From Octopus vulgaris (Eukaryota): a stretch of DNA of 64,000 bases. Every line of letters begins with the position of its first letter. The first letter of the stretch is position 1. The stretch is from positions 32,612,001-32,676,000 of the forward strand of contig OX597823.1 in NCBI GenBank assembly GCA_951406725.2. Reading direction: 5' to 3'. A model generated the notes under the pieces. The model was given only the letters and a program-made list of their open reading frames with translations. It made no database searches and was not told the origin of the DNA. The translations under genes were made by a program, and so were the position numbers. This document shows positions 1-12,072 of the stretch, one piece after another.

Positions 1-1160
1 CGTATGTATATATATATGTGAGTATGTATATATATATATATGTGTGTGTGTATGTATATATATATATATGTGTGTGTGTTTGTATATATATATGTGTGTG
101 TGTTTGTATATATATATGTGTGTGTGTTTGTATATATATATATGTGTGTGTGTGTATGTATATATATATATTTGTGTGTTTGTGTGTGTGTATGTATATA
201 TATATATATTTGTGTGTGTGTGTGTGTGTATGTATATATATATGTGTGTGTGTATGTATGTATGTATATATATTTGTGTGTATGTATATATGTATGTATA
301 TATATATGTGTGTGTGTATGTATATATATATTTGTGTGTGTATGTATGTATGTATATCTATATGTGTGTGTGTGTGTATGTATGTATATATATGTGTGTG
401 TATGTATATATGTATGTAGATATATATGTGTGTGTGTATGTATATATGTGTGTGTGTATGTATATATGTGTGTATGTATATATATATGTGTGTGTGTGTA
501 TGTATATATATGTGTATGTGTATGTATATATGTGTGTATGTATATATATATGTGTGTGTGTGTATATATTTATATATGTGTGTGTGTGTATATATTTATA
601 TATGTGTGTGTGTGTATATATTTATATATGTGTGTGTGTGTATATATTTATATATATGTGTGTGTATGTATATATACGTGTGTGTATGTATATATATGTG
701 TATGTATATATATGTGTGTGTATGTATATATATATATGTGTGTGTATGTATATATATATATATATGTGTGTGTATGTATATATATATATATGTGTGTGTA
801 TGTATATATATATATATGTGTGTGTATGTATATATATGTGTGTGTATGTATATGTGTGTGTGTACGTATATATATATATGTGTGTGTACGTATATATGTG
901 TGTCTGTACGTATATATATTTGTGTGTATGTATATATATTTGTGTGTATGTATATATGTATGTGTGTGTATGTGTGTGTATGTATATATATGTGTGTGTA
1001 TGTATGTATATATATATATGTGTGTGTATGTATATATATATATGTGTGTGTATGTATATATATGTGTGTGTGTGTATATATGTGTATGTATGTATGTATA
1101 TGTGTGTGTATGTATATATATATACACACATTATACACACACACACACACATGTATATAT
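1..1160. repeat. Compound (TA)n/(TG)n/(TATG)n microsatellite array
   Basis: Continuous alternating TA, TG and TATG blocks; the Y/I/C/V-only ORFs here are artefacts. Confidence 0.97.
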
Positions 1161-3190
1161 AGGGTGAGAGTTAACGAAAAGAACAAAAGGTGAAGACAGG
1201 TGGTGTAGAAAACTAAAAGATGTATTAGTATAACACTCAGGATTTGAAAAAGTCTTTCTCCAGAAAGGAACACAGAAAGAAGCAAGGAGAGAAAAAAATG
1301 CGTGTAGTGGTTACCGATCTATCATGGCGACTGCCGGACAGAAGGGTCACACAGGAGAGCGATGAAGTAGGGGAGATAAAGTAAAGATGATCCCCAAAAC
1401 GAAGGTGCATGTATGTATAAGAGAGTACATATGTGCGTGTGAAAGAGGGCTGTTGGTCTTGACTTGTGTAGGTGTGAAAATATGGGGATGGGAATTGGTC
1501 AGTGCTGGTTCGTGGGTGGTGTGTTGTGCGATATGTAGTGTGGTGTGGTGTGATGTTGTTGAGAGGTGGGGAAAGCACGGGTGGGGTTAGGCTGTGGGCT
1601 GGGGTATGTCGGTAGGCAGAGGGTGGGGTTTATGGGTAGGCAAAGGGTGGGGGTAGAGATGGGGTATGTGGGAGAGGGTGTAAGGGATGGGATGGGAAGG
1701 ATTGGGAATGTGGATTCGGAACGTGTAGGGGTAGGATGGGCTTATGGGGGTGGGTTGACGATGAAGGAGGAAGGGGAAGGTGGGTATGTGAGAAGAGAGA
1801 AAAAGAGTAGGGGTGAAGAAAAGTAGGAGTAGGCTCGTTTGAAGGAGGGGAGGGGTCGGTTAGGGAAGATGTGTGAAGTGGACAGGTCGGACTGGAAATG
1901 CTGGAAAGCTCAGAGAATGGTGCGTTGGAGAGGTAGGGTGGTAGGTGAGAGGAAAAGGGAGGTGGGAGACTATGGGGCAGGTTTGGGAGGAGAGAGCAGA
2001 TGCACTGTCCATGGAATGTGCTCTAGCAAGGGCGGTGTGGATAGTGGTGAGGGGATACCCACGTAGGATGAAGTGTTGAGACTGAGTCTCAAAGTCATGG
2101 TCGTCACTACAGAACCTGCGTAGACGGAGGTATTGGGAATAGGGGATGGAAAGCTTGGTGTGTTTGAGGTGGGAGGAGGAGAAGTTGAGGTATGAGTGTC
2201 AGTCTGTGTGTTTGTAGTGGATGGAGATGGTAAAAGGGGAGTGATGAATGCTGACCGAAATGTCAAGAAAGGAGACAGAGGTGTCAGAGATAGTGCAGAA
2301 GTGGAGGGCAGGATGGAAAGATTTGACAAAAGAGAGGAAGGAGTCTAGATGTTTGCGGGATAGTGAGGTGGCACCGATACAGTTGTCAATATAATGGCCA
2401 TATAGTTCGGGAGTGGGACCAGTGAAACTTGAGGATATTTGGGCCTCAACATAGCCAACGAACAGGTTCGCATAGTTGGGGCCCATTGTCGTTCCCATGG
2501 CTACTCCCGGAACTGCTGGTAGAAATCACCCGTGAACGAGAAGCAGTTGAGTGAGAGGACAAGTTCAGCCAGACGAACGAGTGTGGAGGTGTCGGGTTGG
2601 GAATTGGGTTAGAGATCAAGGACGTGTTTCAGTGCACACAGCCCCTCGTGGTGAGGGATCACCGTGTAAAGGCTCTGGATGTCGAGAGTGAAGAGAAGTT
2701 TAGAGGGGCCAGGAGGGAAGGAGAAAGAGTTGAATAGACGAAGAGCATGGTTGGTGTTATGGATGTGAGAAGGGAGAGAAGCCACTAGGGGGGCAAGGAC
2801 ACGGTCGAGATATTTGGAAATAAGCTCAGTGGAGCAGTTACAGGCGGAGACAATGGGGCGGCTAGGGTTGTTAGGGTTTTGGATTTTGGGGAGGAAGTAA
2901 ATGGTGGGGGTACGGGGTGTTTGGACAATGAGGTTGGAGGTGGTGTGGGGGAGACGGGAGGACGAGATAACGTCATGGATGGTGGAGGACACCGTCTGTT
3001 GGTAGCTGGGCATGGGGTCAGAGGGCAGAAGGTGGTGTCATGAAGTTGGCGGAGAGCTTCGGCCTTATAGAGGTCCGCGCGCCATACCACCACGGCCCCA
3101 CCCTTGTCGGTCGGTTTTATAATGATGTCAGTGCGGCGTCGGAGGAAACGAAGAGCCGAGAGTTCGGCTGGGGAGATGTTGAGACGACAG
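1161..3190 (-). mobile_element. Decayed Penelope-like retroelement (Neptune-type RT + thumb, 5'-truncated, with 3' terminal segment)
   Basis: Frameshifted minus-strand peptides: ADKGGAVVVW, TPTIYFLPKI..RPIVSACNCSTELISKYLD, LFTLDIQSLYTVIPH, MGTTMGPNYANLF, YIDN (for YIDD), IPYSQYLRLRRFCS, RGYP, PLTYHP. The terminal segment abuts (TA)n at about 1160. Confidence 0.9.
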
Positions 3191-3192
3191 GG

Positions 3193-3378
3193 AAATGCTT
3201 AGTGGTATTTCGTCTACCACTATGTTCTGAGTTCAAATTCCACTGAGGTCGACATTGCCTGCCTTTCATCCTTTTGGGGTCGATTTAATAAGTACCAGTT
3301 GTGCACTGGGGTCAATGTAATTGACTTAGTCCTTTTGTTTGTCCCCTCTATGTTTAGCCCCTTGTGGGCAATAAAGAA
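3193..3378 (+). mobile_element. SINE with Meta-like central domain (5'-truncated)
   Basis: B-box-like GAGTTCAAATTCC followed by GCCTTTCATCCTTTTGGGGTCGAT..AAGTACCAG; more than 10 related copies in the window. Confidence 0.8.
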
Positions 3379-3831
3379 TGAATTTAATATATATATATAT
3401 ATAGGTGCACAAACACTCACTCACATACACAATATATATATATATAAGGATGTATGTAGCTGAGCTGCACCAATACTCATTTGGGAAATTCACCTGTTCA
3501 GTCCTTGCCTGTTTTCCATCCCTTTGTCACTACTTTCGTTAATCAGCCTCTCAGGTACACTACACTGGACACATCATGCCTAATACATATCACATCTCTC
3601 TTTAGATCTACACTCAGCTGATTCTTTTGGAAACTGAGACAGACACACAAATAAATAACGGGAAAAAGGAAGAATGGAGTGCAATAGAGAACTGTTTGTT
3701 TACTGAGCCTGACATTTCGATAGGCAAAATTAACCTAGGTAGTATCTGAATTCAGTGAGCAGAGAGTTAGGATGCTTACAGCAAAGTAATGATTCTGCTA
3801 TTCTGTCGGCTACCTATATGTATATCTATAC

Positions 3832-4270
3832 AGGTATAGGCATGGCTCTGTGGTTAAGGAACTTGCTTCCCAACTATGTGGTCTCCGGTTCAGTCTCACT
3901 GTGCAGCACCTTGGGCAACTGTCTTCTACTATAGCACCTGCCTGACCAAAGCTTTGTGGTTGAATTTTGTAGGAGATTGAAAGAAGCCTGTTGTATGTGC
4001 ATGTATGTATATGTGTATGTGCATGATCCTCTTGTCTTGATATCATATTTAGAATGTCACTTAGTATCACTGGCAGACGAGATGTGTTGTTCATTTCCTG
4101 TGTTCCATGGAAAACCTGTCTGGTCATGGAGAAATATTATTGTTTGGAAACAGTTGGAGGGTGGTGACAGAAAGGACATCCAGTAGTGGAAAAATCTACC
4201 TCAACAAATTTTGTCTGACCTATGCAAACATGGAAAAGGGGACTTTAAAATGATGATGATAATGATGATG
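3832..4270 (+). mobile_element. tRNA-headed CORE-type SINE with RTE-like (GAT)n tail
   Basis: Head TGGCTCTGTGGTTAAG..GGTTCAGTC, CORE-like CACCTTGGGCAA, tail CCTATGCAAACATGGAAAAGGGGAC..ATGATGATG. Confidence 0.8.
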
Positions 4271-4309
4271 TTTAAATATATATTTATATATTTCATCTTC
4301 ATTGTAAAT

Positions 4310-4755
4310 ATCTTCCTTTTCCATGCTTGCATGCAATTCGTCTGACAGAATTCGTTGATGTAGATTTCCTACAAGATGCCTTTCCTGTCCCCAACCATCA
4401 CCTATTTCCAAACAAGGTAATATTCCCCCCCTACACACACACCCACACCCGTGAGCGGAGGGTGGGGGATATTACAAATCTTGTTTGCTGTTCATGCTCA
4501 TTTACAACCTTCATGTGATGTCAAGACAAGGGGACAGCTATACTCGCACGCTAATAAACACATACACACTGCGCGCGTGCGCGTGCGTGTGCGTACGTGA
4601 TACACACACTCACAACAAACTTCTTTTAGTTTCCATTTATCAAAACCGCTCAATGATTTGGTCTGCCCAGATCCGAAGTGAGAAGTCACCCAAGGTGTTG
4701 CACAGTGGCACTAAATCCGAAATTGCTGGGTTGGGAAGGAAGATTCTTACCCACA
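4310..4755 (-). mobile_element. Same SINE family as 3832-4270, opposite orientation
   Basis: Reverse complement of the tail (TTTTCCATGCTTGCATG), body and a degenerate head. Confidence 0.75.
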
Positions 4756-6238
4756 ATTTCTCTCTTTCTCTCTCATATATATGTGTGTGTGTGCATATGT
4801 ATACATGTCTATATAAATATGTATATATGTGTGTGTGTGTATGTACAAATATATGTATGTATATATGTATCCGTGTGTGTATATATATATATATAATGTA
4901 CATGTATAATGTTTGTGTAATTGGGTTTGTATAAAGTATATATGCGTATATGTATCATGCATTTGTAGATATGTATGTAGTTGTATATGTACATGTTTAC
5001 TAATGTATTTATCTTTTTTTAAATGTGTATGTATATAACTGAGTGTGGTGTGTTAGTATGTATATACATATTTCTATGTAATGTGTGTGTGTGTGTGTGC
5101 AGTGTGTAGCTGATTAATTGCTACATCTAACCTTTCATTTCACGTTATTATTACAAAATATGTCTCATCCTTCGGTGCTCTTCGTATTTCTGTGTTTATG
5201 ATAATTATGGTGACCAACAATATCCCAGAGAGAACTCTGAATATATTTCGTTCCAATATATATATTTTTTCTTTAATCTTTCTCTACCTGATGAAATATG
5301 TCGTATCTATTCCCAGTCGCTTTCATTCTTTACATAATGCCTAAATACACCTAAGCCTTTCTACATATAATAATATAAATGTTATTTGGGTATATGTCTG
5401 TGTGTACGTATGTAAAATGCTAACCAATTATATATGTGTATATGTTGATTATAAAGATCTCCGTAATATTTTTTTTCCTAAGTGGTTACGAAATGGTGGG
5501 TCTGTTGGTAATTTATTATAAAGTGTCATTCAATACATTCTCATCTCTACGCTCTCTCTCTCTCTTTCTCTCTCTCTTTTGTCGCATATACAGTGTCTCA
5601 GTGTGTGCGAGGTATGCGTGTATAATGTATGTACGGTGTGTAATGTCTATGTAGTGTGAGATCGTAATGTCATTGTGTCTGAGTGTAATGTCGTGTGTGA
5701 TGTGTAAGCCACCCTTTATTCTCTTCTAATTAAGTCCCCCGCCGTCAGCTTCATTTCCTTCCTCTATAAATGTTCCCACTGTCTGCCCCACACTCCCCAA
5801 CTTCCAGCCCATCTTGTATGTTACACCTTGGTCACTCGGTCATATAACGTTATATTTTCTCTCAATATGAGACGTTTTATTTTTAAGTAGGAAGTAAAAA
5901 CTGGATATACTGAAGACAGCGGTTATAGAATTAATACGTAGCTTGCCTATTATCTAATTTATCTGTTCATCTCTGGTATGATGTATATATACACTCACAC
6001 ACACACATATCTTCTCTACTGCATCATATCCATAACAATATTAAATATAATAATAATGATGATGCTGTTGGTGTCGATGATCACTGTTACATTATGGTTT
6101 TTACCTTGTCTAATTCTCTTCGCCTCGGAAGATGTTGGAAGTAGATGTTTTCACGAACGATGTGAAAATGCAGGCGTATAACAATGTCTAATGATTACTG
6201 TTATGATCTGAAGACTTCTTCTACCTTCTTCCTCTCGC

Positions 6239-6269
<31 letters not shown>

Positions 6270-8099
6270 TACGTATAAATTAATAGCAACGACGGTGACC
6301 ATTACACACACACATATATATAATGTAATCAGCCTTCCTTCGGCAAGGTGGCTGATTCTGTAGCTTATATTCTTCTCACCGTGTAGTAGCAGAGCTACGT
6401 TCATGTGCCACTCGAAGTGCTAGTATGACCATTTTCGCATTGGTAGCAAGCTCTGGTGGTTCTACTAAGTTGTACCAACGCCTAGACAGTAGCCTAACCA
6501 CTTTAACTACCTCTTTACCATCCATCAATCTTTCTTCCCTCATCACCGTCATATAGACAACTATCATCTCCACACTGACGACGACGTCATTTATTTTGTT
6601 TGTTCACCCTCTTCCTTGTCACTGACCACACATACATAATGATGTCTCTCTCTCTCTCTCTATCTCTCTCTCTGCCTGTTGACATTATAGCATCACAATA
6701 GCATTATATTTCGTCTTCCCCATCAAACATGACTTCACATAGAAATGACTTGTTGGTTTCCGTTATTCCAATCGTAAACATTTCTCTTTGCTCTTTCCAG
6801 CCAGACAATTCCTTCTTCTTAACACTTCCTCCCCGCCAGATATTTCACCTTGGTCTCCCCACCTGCTCTACATTATCTATTCACACACACACACACACAC
6901 GTTTAGTCTGAAATCTTACCATTATTATTTACCCTTGTCTTCATCTCGCTTCATTCCTTTATTATTATTATTATTATTATATGATTGAAGAACCATTTCT
7001 TCTCTCAATGGAATCTCGTGAAAACCGACTCTCTAATTGCCATCACCTCTAAAGATATAACTATACCAATGACAGCAATAAAATAGAACTACCATCACAA
7101 TTTTCTGCTGTATTTTTCCTTGCTTCTTCCTCTCATAGCTGAGCGTATTTATTTATTTATTTATTTGTATGCAATTTCCGATCCGTTAATGTCTTGTGAG
7201 AATATTTTACCAATTCCAAGTCGATATAAAACCGAGGCTTGTTCCAACAAACATCTAGTATTTCATTCCGACAATTATAAACCTTGCGATATTTCAGAAA
7301 ATACAACTTTATATTTTCGACATCGTAAAATTGGATAATAATAAATAATTAAATAAATAGCAATAGACCGTTTAATAAAAAAAAAAAAAAAATTCTAAAT
7401 TGATGTGGTGGTGCTCTCTACCTATCTGTCTGTATATGTGTATATATATTATATTGTGGTGTGATAAGCGAGGAAATAAAGCATATCGCACACAGTTATG
7501 AGATTAGTTATAGAAAAGAAAGATATTAAATGAAAGGTGGCATATTATGTAATGAGGTAGTTGTTAGTTGGAGTAAATGCTATTAAATGAGCTTTGTTTA
7601 TCATGTTCTGGGTGTGTGTGATGATGATGTACATAACGATATTAATTAAAAGGTCGCTTTCTTATATATGTTTTGTATGTATGTGTGATATGATATTAAA
7701 CGAAAGGTCGATTTATTAACTGTGCATGTATGTGGGATATAATGATACGAAAGGTCGGTTTAAGTGTGTGTATATTAACGATAGGAAAGGTCGCCTTAGG
7801 TGTGTATGTGGTAATCCATGTTTTTTCTTAAACATTTAATAAAATTTGTGTTCCTTCTTGTTATATGGATATGAAAATGGTATTTATTATTGTACGTATG
7901 TTGTTACGTGTGTGTGTGTGGGTATCTCGCGTATCATTAAATATACGTCGATGATGATGACAGTATATAGTAATTTAGACACATATATCTTTAACAAAAA
8001 CATAAACTACGCATACGTATATACAGGTACACGCGCGCGCTCATGAACTTGTATGTTATATGTATGTATCGCGCACGCACTCGTACACACATACTCCTA

Positions 8100-8765
8100 C
8101 TCACTCGAAGGGGATTTTTAGCCTTACAAGTTAAACGATCTCACTAGTGCTGGTGTCACCAAACGGAAGAAAAAGAGACTTTACATGCTGTAAATTGGAT
8201 GGCGTCAAGAAGGGCCTCCAGCCATAGAAATCAGGCCAAAGCAGACACTGTAGCACAGTACTATCCTCAGACCCGCCAAGTCCTGTCCAACACATGCCAG
8301 CATAGAACGCGGACATTTAATGATGATGGTGATGAAGACATGTATTTGTGTGTTCGTGTCTTTTAGTTTTCGTATCATATATTTGTAAACAAGCATCGCA
8401 GTCATACAAACTGTTATTCATTTCCAACCTTCAACAAAAACATGTCTAGCCATGGGGAAATTATTACCTTACTTGGAAATAAGTGAGGCTTGGTGACAGG
8501 GCACTTAGCTGTAGAAAATCTACCTGAACACTATGCAAGCATGCAAAAGTATATATTAAAACGATGATGATGGTATATACACACACACACACACACACAG
8601 GTGCAGACATGACTGTAGTTGAGAAGCTTGCTTCACAGCCATGTGGGCTTGGATTCAGTCCCACTGCAAAGTACATTGGGCAAGTGTCTTCCATTATAGC
8701 TCCAGACTGACCAATGGCTTGTGAGTGAATTTGGTTGATGGAAACTGTGAAGAAGCCTGTTTGAT
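8100..8765 (+). mobile_element. Cluster of SINE fragments (two RTE-type tails and one CORE-type head)
   Basis: GGCGTCAAGAAGGGCCTCCAGCCATAGAAA..CATGCCAGCATAGAACGCGGACATTTAATGATG; second tail at about 8390-8570; head at about 8600-8760. Confidence 0.7.
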
Positions 8766-8978
8766 ATATATATATATATACAAACCTGGTGCCATCCACA
8801 ATTGGGGTATATTTCTGCAGGATGACACCAGGTAGCCCAAACTGTGAACGTGCTTTACTCAACACTAACTGACCTAAAAATTACATGTATAAATATATAT
8901 GTACATATGTATGTCTCTATGCATGTGTATATACAAATGCCTATACTTCTTAATATGTGAATGCAATATATCTATACA

Positions 8979-9018
<40 letters not shown>

Positions 9019-9159
9019 TACAAGCATGCATATAAATAATAAAGTACACATACTTTCCCCACTGCTGTACAGACATATGCATGCATTTCCAGTCTGCTAT
9101 AATTTTCATTAAAGTATTATACTGTAATATGTTGAGATTAAATGTGATTTTTTTTTGTG

Positions 9160-9740
9160 TTGTTTCGGAGGGAAGGGTTTAAAGTTTCAAAGGATTTATG
9201 TAGTGTGTAACTGACAAGGTTTTTGGTTGCCAGAGTAATGTTTGGAGAAGGAGAGTATTTTTCAGTTTATGTTAAAAGGGTTTTGTTTTGTTATCTTTTA
9301 GTGACCAGATGTATTATGATAGGGTTGTATCATTTCTGTTATAATTACAGAATGTGTATGTGCTGTTATACCAGTTTTTTTAAATGTGTTGACTGCAAGA
9401 AGAATGTTTTAGATTTGAAGAGTTAGTGTGGAAAGTAATCAAGTGAACTAATTTTTTGACCAAGCACTTTCAGTCTAAGGAGTATATATTCCGGTCAGTG
9501 TGTTTGCATGTAGGCTGGTCAGTATTTTGTGAAGAAAGTTGGTTTATTAATGTCTGTTAATATTTGTTTGGAATTTGTTAATGGCAGAGCAAGATAATTT
9601 AATATTTTTACTCTTAAGAAGGTTGTGGTATTTGTGTGTGGGTGGAAAATATATGTGTAGGAGGTTAAAGAATATTTTGGCAGTTGGAGTACCTACTTAT
9701 AGGTAGAAGTGGGGGTTGAACCAGATTATTTTCTCCATTA
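9160..9740 (-). mobile_element. Decayed Penelope-like element C-terminus (Naiad-type linker + GIY-YIG endonuclease)
   Basis: Manual translation: KIIWFNPHFY..KIFFNLLHIYFPPTHKYH..IKLSCS, LD*KCLVKKLV, NDTTLS*YIWSLKDN. These match the IIWFNPP, PLxGxCL and TxLSxYIWxLK motifs. Confidence 0.75.
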
Positions 9741-10598
9741 AGTATATAATGTCTGTGAGCTTGTTTCTGTTTATATATAAATGTATGTATGTTTGTTTAT
9801 ATATTTGGTCATATAACTTAATAACTTACATTTTTCCTTATTCCATCCTTGTCTATTTGGTGGAAAGCAACTATCCTAAAACTTTTTGAACCACAACATA
9901 GTAGCTAACCTTTAGGAATGTAGGAACTGAACTTCCCTCTAAAAATATTAACTTCAATCTTTTGAACCAGAATGAAGGCAGTCCCTACAGTTAAACCTTC
10001 CTCTAAAAATTCCAATCCAGTTCCAAGTTAGTGCTATGCATTCAAGGAGAGCAAGACAACCCATCCCTCTAAAAACTACAAACCTTTTATACACCTCATT
10101 GTTATGAACAGTCCATCCTGGGATGAAACTCAGATTTGACTACTGACTTTTGGTGCAATGAACCTATGTTCATGTATGTGTGTGTGTGTCATATAATTAT
10201 CTTTTAATGTTCATCTTGCATTTGACAGGATCAAATAGTTCTAAAGACTGCATTATGCTCCAATGTCTGATTTGGCATGGTTTCTATGCTTGGATGACCT
10301 CCCGAATGCCAACCACTTTTCAATGTGTCCCGACTGCATTTTTTTTTATGACACCAGCCCTAATGAGGTTCCCAAGCAGCTTCCATGACTTAGAACACCT
10401 TCAAATGAGTGAGCTGCTGTAGAAAGAAAGACAAATTTATGCCTAGAAATGTAGTATTAAAGAGGAAGGGCCCGAGACAGAAGTGGTTTCTTTTATTGAG
10501 AAGGAGGTTCATGACTATTCACATTACAGAAGAGTGGGTGAGAGTAACTGACATGGAACTAGAAAGAGAGAAAAAATATATATATGTATATATGTTTG

Positions 10599-10631
<33 letters not shown>

Positions 10632-10746
10632 GTACATGTGTTTGTATATATATATATATATTTATGTTTGTGTATATATATATATATTTATGTTTGTGTA
10701 TATATATATATGTATGTTTGTGTATATATATATATGTACATGTGTT

Positions 10747-10788
<42 letters not shown>

Positions 10789-10892
10789 CATGTGTTTGTA
10801 TATATATATATATATGTATGTATGTACATGTGTTTGTATATATATATATATATGTATGTATGTATATATGTTTGTATATATATATATATATG

Positions 10893-11006
10893 TCATCATC
10901 ATTATCGTTTAACGTCTGCTTTCCATGCTAGCATGGGTTGGACAGTTCAACTGGGGTCTGATCTGGCAGTGTTTCTACAGCTGGATGCCCTTCCTAACGC
11001 CAACCT
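10893..11006 (-). mobile_element. SINE 3' fragment (RTE-type tail)
   Basis: CATCATCATTATCGTTTAACGTCTGCTTTCCATGCTAGCATGGG..GGATGCCCTTCCTAACGCCAACC. Confidence 0.8.
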
Positions 11007-11051
11007 TATATACATATATATATGTGTTTGTATATATATATATATATATAT

Positions 11052-11604
11052 AGCATAAAGCTTGAAACTTTTCAGCATTGAACTGCATGCTATTCTTTTC
11101 AGCCCACTTGTATATTTTGTCCAGCTCACATTGCAGGTACATAGTGTCTTCAGGTTCTGTATTACCTGTGAAACTTTTGTATCATCTGCATAACTTGTGA
11201 TCGTGGCTCTCTGTGTGGCTGAGGGCATGTCTGAGAGGGCCGTTATGAACAGCAGTGGTCCCAAAACAGTGCCTTGCGGAACACCACTCACTGTTTGCGT
11301 GTTATTGGAGGTGGCCCCATTGGCTACTACTACCTGACTTCTATCCTTCAGAAAGCATGAAGCCATTCTCCCAATTTTCCAACTATGCCAAGATCACGCA
11401 GTTTGTGACATATCATTCCATGATCGACTTTATCAAAGGTCTTTGCAAAGTTGAGATATATTACTTCCACATTTGAGTGGTTGAGCAGTCGTTTCAGCAC
11501 CCAGTCATAGTGTTGTTGGAGCTGAGTTAGGCAGCTTCTTCCTGGTCGGAAACCATGTTGGGTGTCAGGCAGCAAGTCATTTTCTTCTAGGAAGGTGATT
11601 AGTC
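11052..11604 (-). pseudogene. Internal RT fragment of a second CR1-group LINE family
   Basis: QHGFRPGRSCLTQL, IYLNFAKTFDKVDH, SGVPQGTVLGPLLF, SYADDTK; frameshifted; flanked by TA repeats on both sides. Confidence 0.9.
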
Positions 11605-11731
11605 TATTTATATTTGTATATATAATTTTATATATATTTTTATATATATTTTTATATATAATTTAATATATATTTTTATATATATAATTTTATATATGTA
11701 TATTTGTATATATAATTATATATATATTTAT

Positions 11732-12008
11732 TGATAAAAATCGTAAGACAACAAAAGAATGAAAGAGACTTCAATATTATGTAAATAGAGAAATTTATCT
11801 GTATATTTAATATGTGACACTTATTCGGTAGCCATGATAAAACTCCGAGTTTCGGATGCCTTGGTGGTAATCCACACCGCCATCTCTTCAGTTATCCCAC
11901 CATTGGAAAAATGCTATGAAAATGACCTTTTTTTACACACTGAATCCAAAACTTGGAGTTTTATCATGGCTACCGAATAATTGTCACATATTTCATTTAC
12001 ACATAATA
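11732..12008 (-). mobile_element. PLE terminal-repeat-like cassette with internal inverted repeat
   Basis: Inverted arms at about 11809-11856 and 11944-11992; contains a hammerhead motif; flanked by TA repeats. Confidence 0.7.
11836..11896 (-). ncRNA. Minimal type I hammerhead ribozyme
   Basis: Minus strand reads GAUAA-CUGAAGA-GAUG..(GGUG/CACC)..CAUC-C-GAA-ACUC-G-GAGU-U-UUAUC: 5-bp stem I, intact core, stem II, near-palindromic stem III, GUU triplet. Confidence 0.8.
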
Positions 12009-12072
12009 TATATATATATTTTTATATATATATATTTATATATATATATTTATATATATATATATATTTATA

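Noticed and set aside
1245-1275. Expected hammerhead in the terminal segment of the Neptune-type PLE
   Set aside because: The minus strand shows only CUUU-CUGGAGA-AAG; stem II, GAAA and stem III are absent.
18-1285. Long ORFs of up to 375 aa on both strands, and similar ORFs at 10409-11058, 12150-13024, 17782-19390 and 19579-20362
   Set aside because: Translations of TA/TG microsatellites, which lack stop codons.
3705-3760. Minus-strand hammerhead-like CUGAAUUCA-GAUA..UAUC-GAAAUGUC
   Set aside because: The core does not fit CUGANGA and there is no complementary stem I.
9470-9472. In-frame TGA in the Naiad-type remnant as possible selenocysteine
   Set aside because: It falls at a Gly position of PLxGxCL, not a Cys, and the remnant has TAA stops and frameshifts.
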